Assembly: GCA_044226015.1 (NCBI GenBank)
Contig: JBGAHS010000006.1
Coordinates: 352,001 to 416,000, forward strand
Length of the DNA: 64,000 bases
Direction: 5' to 3'
Origin: Candidatus Obscuribacteraceae bacterium
Lineage (GTDB): Bacteria > Cyanobacteriota > Vampirovibrionia > Obscuribacterales > Obscuribacteraceae
The notes beneath the pieces are model-generated. The model was not told the DNA's origin. It was given only the letters and a program-made list of their open reading frames with translations, and did no database searches. Both the position numbers and the translations under genes were made by a program. Numbering within the stretch: position 1 is the stretch's first letter; every line of letters begins with the position of its first letter. This document shows positions 48,898 through 58,557 of this stretch, piece after piece.

Positions 48898-51198
48898 TTG
48901 CTAGTCCGCTCAGCTATATTGACGCTTCAGTGTATGTTTAAGATCTATCCAAAAGAAGAGACAATAATTCGAATCTGCGCGTGCCTTCTTTTGGCTTTAG
49001 GCAGTTCCGTTTTCTCGGTCTTTCTCGCGCCAGGTTATGGCAATGTGATTTTTATTGAAGGGGGGCCAAGCGGGAAAGAGCACGGAGAAATTATAATCAA
49101 GGACGACTCGGATAGAGCAACGTTAAAGGACTGGGGACCGACACTGAGAAGGTTGCAGCTTATCGGAGACCTCAACGATAATGACTACGACATCTTAATA
49201 AAAATGCCATTTCTCAAGAATCTCTGGCTGGGTGATTCGAAGCTAACTTGCGCAAGGCTTGAACGCCTGAACAACTGCATGCAGCTGGAAGAGCTTGAAT
49301 TAGCCAATCCAAATTTGAAAAATGATTCTATGGACGGAATGAGACCGTTGACCAGAATACGGGAACTGGGCTTGATAGATTGCCAGGATTTGCTGAATAA
49401 GCAAGGTAAGCTGAATCTTCATCCGTTTCCAAGCATATTGAGCCTGAGAGTCTCGGCACATGGAGACGACTTTAGCTGTGATAGCTTGTTATCTCACAAG
49501 GATACCTTAGAGAAGTTCTGGGTTATGTGGACCGTGAAAAATCCACAATCACTCGGAAAGATGCGCAAACTAAACGATCTAACGCTGTGGTTTCATCGAT
49601 TTGATGTAGAAACCAACCACGCCATAAGGTCGCTAGGACAGCTGAAGACGCTGGTGCTATGTGCAAACGGACTCAGCACCGATAGTTACGAAAGTATAGG
49701 AACACTTTCGAATCTGAAAAGACTGGAGCTGAATAATGAAAGATTGACTGGGAAAGAGTTTCAATCAATTGGAAGGCTAAGAAATCTTGAGTACATCAAT
49801 CTAGACAATGGCTCTTATGTTGATAGTGATTTTCAAAAATTGAGTGGTCTCAAAAAGCTCAGGGAGCTGACATGCCGGGGACCGATCAACGGTACAGGGT
49901 TAGCAGCTTTTACGAATACGAAAATCGAGAAGCTAGATATATCAGGCGAGAAGCTCACGTCAAGCGGATTTGCAGCTATATGTGGCTTGAGTAATTTGCA
50001 AAAGCTGACTATTTGTCCTTGCAAAAGTCAGCCGGAATGGTCCAACGTGCTTGCAAACCTTTCGCAGCTACAAGAATTCAACGTTGCTTGTCCTGCCACT
50101 GGTGCCGATTCATGGGCCAGAGCTCTAGCGCAATCAAGCAATCTTGAGAGTGTAAATTTATCAAATAGTGACTTTTCTGATGAAGGGATTAGATTCCTTC
50201 TGAGCTTGCCTCATTTGGAAAAACTGAATATTGGAAATACAAGGGTAACGGATAGAGGGCTGGACATGTTGAAAAATATGCAGCAACTTCAAGATCTGAC
50301 AGTTAGTCACTGTAAAATTTCTGATGCTGGAATGAAGTCGATTGGTGCACTGGCCGGATTGAGGCAATTACATTTGGAATATACGCCAATTACCGATGAA
50401 GGATTGGGATACCTGGTGCCATTGTCTAATCTTGAATCGCTGCAACTTGATGGAACAGAGATAACTGGGATGGGACTCGAACATGTTGCCAAACTTCCAG
50501 CTCTCCGAAAGTTAAATCTAAGAGAATCAACAGTTCGCAGCGATTCAATCTCATTCCTTGTGGGGACGGGCATTGAATCCCTCGATATCAGCCATACTGA
50601 AATTAGTGAACATGCATTACCATCGTTAAGATCTCTTGCTAAGCTGAAAAATCTTCAGATGGACGGCTGCGGATTCATGACCAAGGAATCAATTCCGGCG
50701 CAACCGCAAGGTTACGTGATCCGGTTTCCAGCTGCACCGGCTAACATTGCACATCCTCAATATTGTGCACCGGCTTCACCAGCGATAAGCAGAGACCAGT
50801 TGTTGAATGATTTGAACAAACTGAACGCAGATTTGGATGCGCGCCTACATCCAGGCATATATATTTGCAGCAACATTGCACGTGGCTGGACAGAATCGAT
50901 TTTCGAACTATACAATCGGCGGGCCTTTGTGCACAATGCACTCAAGAATTTTGATAAAGCCTTGGCCGATGCAAATGCAGCGGTCCGATTGAATCGGCTT
51001 TCTGTTGCGGCGCGCAACAACAGAGCGTTAGCATACCTCAGATTGGGTCAATACGAAAATGCCTTGCTCGATCTTGACCGTGCTCTGGAAATCGATCCGA
51101 AGTGTGGGGAGTCATGTACGCTGCGTAACGAAGTCTTAGATAAATTGAACCAGAAAGGCATGACCGATCGCTTGGAAGACAGATCACATATCAATTGA
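48898..51198 (+). CDS. Leucine-rich-repeat protein with C-terminal TPRs
   Basis: Repeats such as LEKLNIGNTRVTDRGLDML; ARNNRALAYLRLGQYENALLDLDRALEIDP. Confidence 0.88.
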   Translation: MLVRSAILTLQCMFKIYPKEETIIRICACLLLALGSSVFSVFLAPGYGNVIFIEGGPSGKEHGEIIIKDDSDRATLKDWGPTLRRLQLIGDLNDNDYDILIKMPFLKNLWLGDSKLTCARLERLNNCMQLEELELANPNLKNDSMDGMRPLTRIRELGLIDCQDLLNKQGKLNLHPFPSILSLRVSAHGDDFSCDSLLSHKDTLEKFWVMWTVKNPQSLGKMRKLNDLTLWFHRFDVETNHAIRSLGQLKTLVLCANGLSTDSYESIGTLSNLKRLELNNERLTGKEFQSIGRLRNLEYINLDNGSYVDSDFQKLSGLKKLRELTCRGPINGTGLAAFTNTKIEKLDISGEKLTSSGFAAICGLSNLQKLTICPCKSQPEWSNVLANLSQLQEFNVACPATGADSWARALAQSSNLESVNLSNSDFSDEGIRFLLSLPHLEKLNIGNTRVTDRGLDMLKNMQQLQDLTVSHCKISDAGMKSIGALAGLRQLHLEYTPITDEGLGYLVPLSNLESLQLDGTEITGMGLEHVAKLPALRKLNLRESTVRSDSISFLVGTGIESLDISHTEISEHALPSLRSLAKLKNLQMDGCGFMTKESIPAQPQGYVIRFPAAPANIAHPQYCAPASPAISRDQLLNDLNKLNADLDARLHPGIYICSNIARGWTESIFELYNRRAFVHNALKNFDKALADANAAVRLNRLSVAARNNRALAYLRLGQYENALLDLDRALEIDPKCGESCTLRNEVLDKLNQKGMTDRLEDRSHIN

Positions 51199-51412
51199 TG
51201 AAGCCGGTTACAGCGACTCGCCGTAAGGCAGATATCGTGTTGAGTGTCAATAGCCCAAGATCGGGGACAGCAGAGGCACGCGACGTTTTTCATCGTCAGT
51301 TGCCTTCCATAAGCGATCAGCGCTATAGTTTCTACCGATGATCCCAATGCGGACTCGAGCGCTGATCCCTCCTGGAAGGAATTAAGCGCCAAGCTCTGTC
51401 GAACAACTCAGC

Positions 51413-52375
51413 TCAAGCGAAGACTAGGTCGTCGCGGAAAGGCGTTCCAGACTTAAGTACGCCAAATATAATGTGCAAAAGCTTTCTCATAGAGGCTCCA
51501 ACGGCCTTCATTGGAACCTTTCCATTCGCGATTAGGTTTCGATAAAATCGCGCAATGACGGGATTGTGATCTTTTGCCACTATCGCCGCAGAAAAGTGCT
51601 GAACGCAATCTAGCATTTCCTGTTTTGGATAGTCGAGTTCGTCCACGGATGGAGCTGCCAGATCTGATTTTCTTTGCGGGAACTGGGACACGAAATGCCG
51701 CCAGTTGGGGCAAATTTCTCCGGCAATTCCAGTGGAACTTCAGTGAAAATCCCGCGTTTGCTGTTTCTCACCAACTGCTGGAATAGACATGATCAGTTTC
51801 CGCTTCTGCTGCAGGTCCGGATGCTTTTTGTAAAGCCTTCAATTTGTCTTCGAATTCGACCGATTTCGATCTAAACGCCAGGATGCGGTTCACCGAATCC
51901 ATGTCGCATGGTTTGCTTTTCTCTGTTGATAAGCCAGTTCTCTCCTGGCGCCCTAATTTTGTTGAGATCGTAGAGGGCGCCTCACCAGCATTGTAATTGA
52001 CGCACTTCGGGAGCTGGTGGGTGCCACTGCGCTGGATTCATTGTTCTTGCCAAATGGAAATTGCCCCAGCATCGACTTTGTCTGTTTTGGTTCGCTTCAG
52101 CTCACTCTGAGCAAATCGCCTGATACTGAGTCGGATTCACGACGCTAACAGACTCGCCTGCCAGTGAAGAAAAATCGAGTCATACCAATACGCACCGGTG
52201 GCTTCCATGCAGAACAGTGCGTTCCTCAGCCTCGATTTTTTTGCAACCAGCGCAAAGAAGCCCTGGAAGCCTTTTTCGGTTTGTGAAAACTGATGGTGTT
52301 TCTCTTTCCCTGTCACCTCCACGAAACATCAAAGAAATCTTTCGAGATGTCGATTCCAACAAAACAGTCGAACAT
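51413..52375 (-). pseudogene. IS110 recombinase, multiply frameshifted in this sequence
   Basis: FCMEATGAYW, SGSSIRGRTRLSKTGNARLRSAL (catalytic Ser region), MRKLLHIIFGVLK. Confidence 0.85.
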
Positions 52376-52399
52376 TAATCCCTCTTCCATTCTAGTTTT

Positions 52400-52620
52400 C
52401 TGGTTATAAGACGCATTGTATGCGCACAACCTGATCAACCTGCTAAATTCAGACTCTCACTCAAGTGGTGCCAGATATCGTCCGACCTGCATATCAGGAT
52501 AGGAAGGCAAACAAATCTGCCATTACAGGATCAAGTCCTAAAGATAAACACTGTTTTGCCTTCCCCCTACCTCAGCGTCCCGAAGTAGAGCTTGATCAGC
52601 CGGAGTTCCAGTGTCAAGCC
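52400..52620 (-). ncRNA. Putative bridge RNA of IS110 copy 2 (boundaries approximate)
   Basis: Same guide segments at 52542-52548, 52515-52526 and 52473-52481. Confidence 0.72.
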
Positions 52621-53126
52621 ATCGTTATCGAAGATAGCAAGATAAAGCGAGTGTCTACGATTCTCTTGAGACACCATATGCGGTGCTTTTGGGTATCGAA
52701 GATACGAACGCAAGTCTCATCCGTCAGCGGATTTTATTGGGCTATTCCGCATGTCACTGTCGTCGTCTGCCCGAAAGCTGGACAGACCTGAGGCAAGAAT
52801 AAAAAATGGCTCGCGCACGTCTGCCTCTCCGTCCTAGCACATGCTCCAAGACAATTTGCTGCTCGCGAGTGCTCGCGTATGCCTACCGGCGTCCAGCTGC
52901 CGGGCTCCAGCTGCCGCCCTCGGCAAGTGACGCGCAAAGTAGGCGCCACTTGTTGTGATATAGTGGGAAAAGCCTGAAGATGATAAGAGAGATATTGAAC
53001 ATGAAGTCCTCGGCACGACGTTTTAGCTAATCAATTCAATCGATGAGTGGACCGCCGTCTTGCCTTTGATTAGAGGCGGATAGAAAGACATGCTGTCATT
53101 TTACTTCGATTTGAGGAGATACTAAG

Positions 53127-54650
53127 ATGATTCCGTTTGATGATATTCGACGGTTGCAGAACCGGTCGTGGTCAATTCCATTAGTTGAAATGATTGAGCG
53201 CGGAGAAGTCGAGGACGCTGAAGAGATTTGCCGCACGATTGGAGCCCTGGAAGATCCTAGACTTTCTGGCAGATTGCTGCAAATCCTGGAAGATGTTGAG
53301 CGCCCCTCCGTGGTGCGAGAACTCGCAGCAGACGCTTTGAATGAAAGTGTGAATATAGACACCGCAGAGCAACGTCGGCAATGGTGGCAGTCGGGAGACT
53401 TTTTGCTAATGCGGCACGCTGTCCGTATGGCAGAAAGCACGGAGAACGATTTGCTTCTGGAAATATTGAAAGATGGGTCGAGTCCCTTCTACGTAGACGC
53501 GCTAAACGTAATTCAATGGTGGGAAGAGCCCTGCTTCCAAATTTTCTTGGCGACAGCGCTGAAACATGATGATCCCTCTGCCAGGGAAACTGCTGCTGAT
53601 TGTTTGGTCTGGGAACAACCGAACGGAGCAGCTACCGATCTACTGCGTTTAGCTGCCGATGCGCGATATGAAGATGTGGCGATTGCGGCAATGAATACAT
53701 TGAATTATTACGCGACGCAGGAAGTACTGTTACGGTTTACTGAATTGCTGCGAGACGGTCCGGAGGAACTTCGCGAGAACTATCAGGCGGGAACTGAATA
53801 TGTTCGCCAAGAATTTATTGACGGCTGCAGATGGGCTATGCGCAGGGACACGGCCGTGCGCGATCACTTGTTGATGTGGATGCAACCAGTAATACACTTA
53901 TTCAACCCTGAGGATTTCCAGATATCGGATCGTGCCAGCACGAACTCCCGAGGGACAAAGACAGTTCAGCCTTCGATGACGGTTAATGAGATTATTGCGG
54001 ATCTCGGCGAACCAGACGCATGCTGGGCAGACAAATTGCACAAATACAATGGTAATTATGACTGGTCCCGGTTAGCCGAAGGCGACGCGGTGAGGCTTGT
54101 GCAATTCTTGGCCGCGCATGAGGACGTTAATGTGCGTGAACTCGCTTGTTCGATTGCCGGGCATAGAAAGCTCAGCGATCTGTTGTTCTATTTGTTGAAT
54201 GATCCGACGAGCAGGGTTAAGAAAACAGCCTCGTATCACAGCAGGATGCTGAGCAGAGAGCCACGTTTTCGTGATCGTCTATGGCAAATTTTGATGAGTC
54301 CAGACACGCGAGGATTCTTTGCCACCGAGACGTTGGAAAGTTATTTGGTTCATGCGAATGATCTACCAGTTGATGTGCCCCTAAAAGAATTGGTCTTGGA
54401 AGATAAGCGTCCATCGGTCAAGGCAGCTGCGGTTTCTGCGTTGCACAAACGTGGCGCACGGGACGAAATTGATTCGGTCAGCTGTTTGTTGCAGGAACCG
54501 GCGTTTAATAACTGGTGGGTGCATAGAAACGTCCTCGATGCCTGTGCGGAGCTGCGTATCGCAGCCAGCATCGAGCATCTATTGATGGTAGATGATGTTT
54601 ACCTGCAGATAGCGGTGGCCGAATATAGAGTGGCGATAAAGCGGAGCTGA
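53127..54650 (+). CDS. HEAT-repeat protein
   Basis: VRELAADAL, ARETAADCL, VRELACS, VKAAAVSAL; GAGGAG RBS. Confidence 0.8.
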   Translation: MIPFDDIRRLQNRSWSIPLVEMIERGEVEDAEEICRTIGALEDPRLSGRLLQILEDVERPSVVRELAADALNESVNIDTAEQRRQWWQSGDFLLMRHAVRMAESTENDLLLEILKDGSSPFYVDALNVIQWWEEPCFQIFLATALKHDDPSARETAADCLVWEQPNGAATDLLRLAADARYEDVAIAAMNTLNYYATQEVLLRFTELLRDGPEELRENYQAGTEYVRQEFIDGCRWAMRRDTAVRDHLLMWMQPVIHLFNPEDFQISDRASTNSRGTKTVQPSMTVNEIIADLGEPDACWADKLHKYNGNYDWSRLAEGDAVRLVQFLAAHEDVNVRELACSIAGHRKLSDLLFYLLNDPTSRVKKTASYHSRMLSREPRFRDRLWQILMSPDTRGFFATETLESYLVHANDLPVDVPLKELVLEDKRPSVKAAAVSALHKRGARDEIDSVSCLLQEPAFNNWWVHRNVLDACAELRIAASIEHLLMVDDVYLQIAVAEYRVAIKRS

Positions 54651-54926
54651 TCCGCCTGCCTGATATTGGTCAGCAGCCTGCTGATCGTGTTCGCACATGC
54701 TGAACAGCAAAATCAGTGTTTTTCCACCAAAAAGAACTGGGTCCCGGATAGCATGCTAGGCAGAGGCACACCGGGACAACTGTATTTATGATACTCTGTC
54801 TTCCAAATTTGCTTTATTGTTCCGCAGTTGTTCCTCTATGGTTAGAGCTTGCTTCTTATTCAGTGCGCGCCCGCGCTGAAATGAATCGTAAGCTTGTTTG
54901 ACTTCCTCGATTGTCATTTTCCTATA

Positions 54927-55343
54927 CTACTTGGTTGAATGAACGTGCCGAGCAAAGTTATTAAGTATCGACTGCCAACCTTGTTGTTGCTGCTCGACGG
55001 AATGAGTGGGTTCACTATCAAAAGTTACGTGAACTCGAACCTGATTCGGTTCCTGCAAAAACTCAACATGCGCTGTTCGATCGCCAAAAGAATACTCGAT
55101 CAGCTCATGCTCAATGATCTTCGTATAGGTTCCAGCAAAATCGAACCCCATGCTACCGTCCTTCGCTTCCATTCGAGAAGAGAACAATCCACCTACACGC
55201 AAATCCACTTCTGCTTTTGTTGTATGCCAATCACCTGAGGCGGCGTTCCATTGTTCGATGTCTTTTGGCGTTGTGTACGCACGCCACACCTCCTCTATAG
55301 GAGCGTTTACGGCGGTTTCGACGGTAATTCTCTCTGCGGACAT
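54927..55343 (-). CDS. SRPBCC/AHSA1-family protein
   Basis: APIEEVWRAYT, DLRVGG, QQQGWQSILNNF. Confidence 0.9.
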   Translation of the reverse strand: MSAERITVETAVNAPIEEVWRAYTTPKDIEQWNAASGDWHTTKAEVDLRVGGLFSSRMEAKDGSMGFDFAGTYTKIIEHELIEYSFGDRTAHVEFLQEPNQVRVHVTFDSEPTHSVEQQQQGWQSILNNFARHVHSTK

Positions 55344-55523
55344 TTGAGTTCCTCTCATTCATCTGATGGTGGAACATTATATGCGCATGCGCTCTTCCGA
55401 GATCATAGAAATCAAAGCAATCAGAATGACTGCCTATTATTTACCAAAACGAAGATTGTCAGCCAAAAGGCGACAATCTTCATCTGGTTTCTGCCCAATC
55501 AGGGAGATTGGCTACTGAAGAAC

Positions 55524-56120
55524 TTAAATCCAACGAGCCATTGCGCGATTGACTTTGCTCGATGGCGGGGTTTTGCCTTTCAAGCGAGCATCAGAAGCTG
55601 GGTGCAAGTCTTCATTTTTGCTGGACTCAGCATTCTCTTCTTCTCTAGCTTGCTTGATGGCTTCTTTTTCTTTCATCGCATTGGCTTTCGCTTTATCTGC
55701 CTCTAGCTGCGCAGCCTGCTGGTCTCTCGACGAAGCATCAGGAAAAGGAAACACTTCATTTCCAAACGCTTCCCCTTTTGATGCAGCACCGCTAAAAGTT
55801 TTGACCAGGTCGAGTGGGTTATTGCCGATGGATCCGTGCTCTGCAATGTTCGCTCCGACACCTAGTGCGGTACCTAAGATTCCAGCAAGTGGAAGGTTCG
55901 AATGACCGATTCCATCGACTGATTTAATTCCACTTTCGAACAGCTCAACTCCACCGAAAACATTTGCTACGGTGGAAGCGGCAGCGCCCAAACCACCCAT
56001 TGCAAAACTTTCTGTCGGAGAAAGAACTGTGTTGAATGCAACGCTGCCGATTTTGCCAACGCCTTCACCAACGGTTTTAGCTGTATCTTTGACTGCATCA
56101 GCAATATCGTCTAGAAACAT
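55524..56120 (-). CDS. Hypothetical Gly-rich protein with a charged C-terminus
   Basis: GGAGG RBS; 198-aa ORF. Confidence 0.7.
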   Translation of the reverse strand: MFLDDIADAVKDTAKTVGEGVGKIGSVAFNTVLSPTESFAMGGLGAAASTVANVFGGVELFESGIKSVDGIGHSNLPLAGILGTALGVGANIAEHGSIGNNPLDLVKTFSGAASKGEAFGNEVFPFPDASSRDQQAAQLEADKAKANAMKEKEAIKQAREEENAESSKNEDLHPASDARLKGKTPPSSKVNRAMARWI

Positions 56121-56380
56121 GATTGAGAACCTCCAAAGTTGTTTGATAGGTTCAGAATAGTGCTGAGATATGCCCGTTTCGTCCTCAATATGTCTCTAAA
56201 ATGTCCTCGTCCCGAAAGCATTGGACAATCACAATTTCACCGCTTTGGAGCTAGCCAGCTAACACTGATCAGTTTGAGCTGCTCAGTCAACGGGACAAAT
56301 GCAGACAGAGGGCGGCGCTAACTATTGGCGCTTTATGCCATCTGAACTAATCGAAACCCGACCCTCTAAGAGATTGAGCC

Positions 56381-57376
56381 GTGCAAATTGAATCCATTTG
56401 GCAAGATCGTATAAAAGGCATGCTCTTCGGTCACGCGATCGGGGACGCACTTGGTCTCGCCACCGAGTTCTTATCAAAGAATCAAGTGAACCGTTATTAT
56501 CCATCCGGCATCCGCAGTTATGGGGAGATGATACAAGATCGACATCGAGCACACTGGCAGCCGGGAGAATGGACCGACGACACCGACCAAATGTTGTGCA
56601 TTCTAGATTCACTTCTCGAAAAGAAGCGCGTTGATGTTTTCGATATTGCTAGACGATTTCACTATTGGGCATTCCATGGCGGTCGGGGAATCGGCAGAAC
56701 CGTGCTTTCAGTGCTAACTCATGATAATTATTTGAATCATCCCCATCAAGCTGCAATAGAAGTATGGGAACGAAGCGGCAGAAGAATCGCTGCCAATGGT
56801 GCGTTGATGAGAACTTCGATTCTTGGAGTTTGGGACTTGCACGATAGGGAAGCGCTAATAAGGAATGTAAGAGATGTGTGCCGAATTACTCATGCCGACC
56901 CTAGATGCATCGCTTCATGTGTTGCTGTCTGCGTAACTATTAGAAAACTAATTTTGTGCAGTCAAACACTTGATCTAGATCGACTAATCACAGAAGCTCT
57001 GGATGAATCGCGACTTGAAGACCCAGGCATTTTGGAAGAGTGCAGTCAACTCTGCTTCGCTTCCTCAATCGAGACATTGCGCCTGGATGAGGGACTTAAC
57101 CCTGGTGACGAGAACAAGATAGGTTATACCTACAAAGCGTTGCCTTGCGCCATGTGGGCGCTTCGCAACGCTAAGAACCTGGAAGGCGGCTTACATTCCG
57201 TGATTATGGAGGGTGGCGATGCCGATACGAATGCCGCCATAGCTGGTGCGCTCTTAGGAGCACGCTTCGGCTACAAAAGCATTCCAGAGCATCTCATAAG
57301 CGAGCTGAAAAACGCCGAACAGCTGCATGAAAAGTCAGAGCAGCTAACGGAACTCTTGTCTAAAAATGCTTCTTGA
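56381..57376 (+). CDS. ADP-ribosylglycohydrolase (DraG/ARH family)
   Basis: GDALG, WTDDT, NGALMR, TH, GGDADTNAAIAGALLGA. Confidence 0.93.
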   Translation: MQIESIWQDRIKGMLFGHAIGDALGLATEFLSKNQVNRYYPSGIRSYGEMIQDRHRAHWQPGEWTDDTDQMLCILDSLLEKKRVDVFDIARRFHYWAFHGGRGIGRTVLSVLTHDNYLNHPHQAAIEVWERSGRRIAANGALMRTSILGVWDLHDREALIRNVRDVCRITHADPRCIASCVAVCVTIRKLILCSQTLDLDRLITEALDESRLEDPGILEECSQLCFASSIETLRLDEGLNPGDENKIGYTYKALPCAMWALRNAKNLEGGLHSVIMEGGDADTNAAIAGALLGARFGYKSIPEHLISELKNAEQLHEKSEQLTELLSKNAS

Positions 57377-57423
57377 ACAATCCGCAGACCGGTAAAAAGT
57401 AACCATTCATGAACGAGCTGCGC

Positions 57424-58137
57424 TTAATAAGGCAGCTGAACTGGTTTGCCGCGCATGTAGTTTAGATCATCATCACTGGCTAAGCTATTCTGATCCATAA
57501 ACCTGAGTCGGTAATTTTCATAGTCAACGTTTTGACCCATTCGACGAAGCTCATTTACTCGATCGCCAACAATTTCGGAAACAGAATTACTTGGTTGCAC
57601 TATTCGAACAGGTGGGCTGTTTGGATAATCACGATCAACAACATACAAATTGTCCCAAGTACTTGTTTCCTTATTCCAGTGTTCCGCACCAACACGAACA
57701 CCTTGATTGAAGGGTTGCTCCTTCATTTGATCATAAATCTTGGAAATCAAATAGTTGTATTCGCGATTAGATGTCGACAAACTGCCGAGGCGTGGCACTA
57801 ATTCTTCTGACAGCTGCCATGCTGCATCAAGAGGATTTACAGTATTGCGGAAGTCTTCTGCAATATTCCTAGCCGTGCCATTCAGAACAGCCTCCGATTT
57901 CTGCTTTTCTAACTCTGGACCGTCCTGTGGATCACAAGGAAAGGGAATCTTGATCCAATCCTTACCTGAGACTCTGCCGCCGTTATTATCCAGTATATTC
58001 TCAACACAGCGCCCTACACTAGCGTTAGAGTGAGGAGGAAGCACGTGCTCATATGCAACACTCCAAAGTGATTCGTCTGGTCTCATTTTGTGCATTTCAT
58101 AATCTTGCTCGGACTGTCGTCTATCTAACTCGGGCAT
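57424..58137 (-). CDS. Hypothetical protein with two degenerate LysM-like motifs
   Basis: HKMRPDESLWSVA...IKIP and IVQPSNSVSEIV...GKPVQLP. Confidence 0.5.
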   Translation of the reverse strand: MPELDRRQSEQDYEMHKMRPDESLWSVAYEHVLPPHSNASVGRCVENILDNNGGRVSGKDWIKIPFPCDPQDGPELEKQKSEAVLNGTARNIAEDFRNTVNPLDAAWQLSEELVPRLGSLSTSNREYNYLISKIYDQMKEQPFNQGVRVGAEHWNKETSTWDNLYVVDRDYPNSPPVRIVQPSNSVSEIVGDRVNELRRMGQNVDYENYRLRFMDQNSLASDDDLNYMRGKPVQLPY

Positions 58138-58557
58138 CTGTGTTCTCCATGCAACTATGATTTAAGACAACTCTAGCCTGCGTGCAGAAATTACACAGTG
58201 TGCGTTTTAACGCAAACTGCTGTTATCTTGATGCAGGTGGGAATCAGTAATTTCCACAACCCAGAGGGGTGAATTATGCAGTTTGGTCGCAAATAGCTGC
58301 GCTACTGCTTATGTAACGTACTTCGAGCTATTCATGGATACTACATATTCGAAATAGATTTAAGTCAGAATACAGCAGCAGTTGGGTGCTCCCGAATGCA
58401 TTACAGCATTCGGCAAAGTCTCTGGTTCTTCCTAGCACCGCTGAGTCAAATGTTGCTGCTGCCTGCAGGGCTCTTACCTTCGCGTCACCTTCGAGTCACT
58501 TAATGAAACTATTCTGATTCATGGAAGCTAAGGCAATTAAAGAACCGAGGAGCCTTC

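Larger units (their letters stand above)
51230..52641 (-). mobile_element. IS110-family element, copy 2
   Basis: Direct repeat of 47271-48660 with the same junctions. Confidence 0.92.

Noticed and set aside
52465..53016. Short ORFs at and beyond the end of IS110 copy 2
   Set aside because: They overlap the non-coding IS end or lack motifs; possibly a gene remnant, but unsupported.
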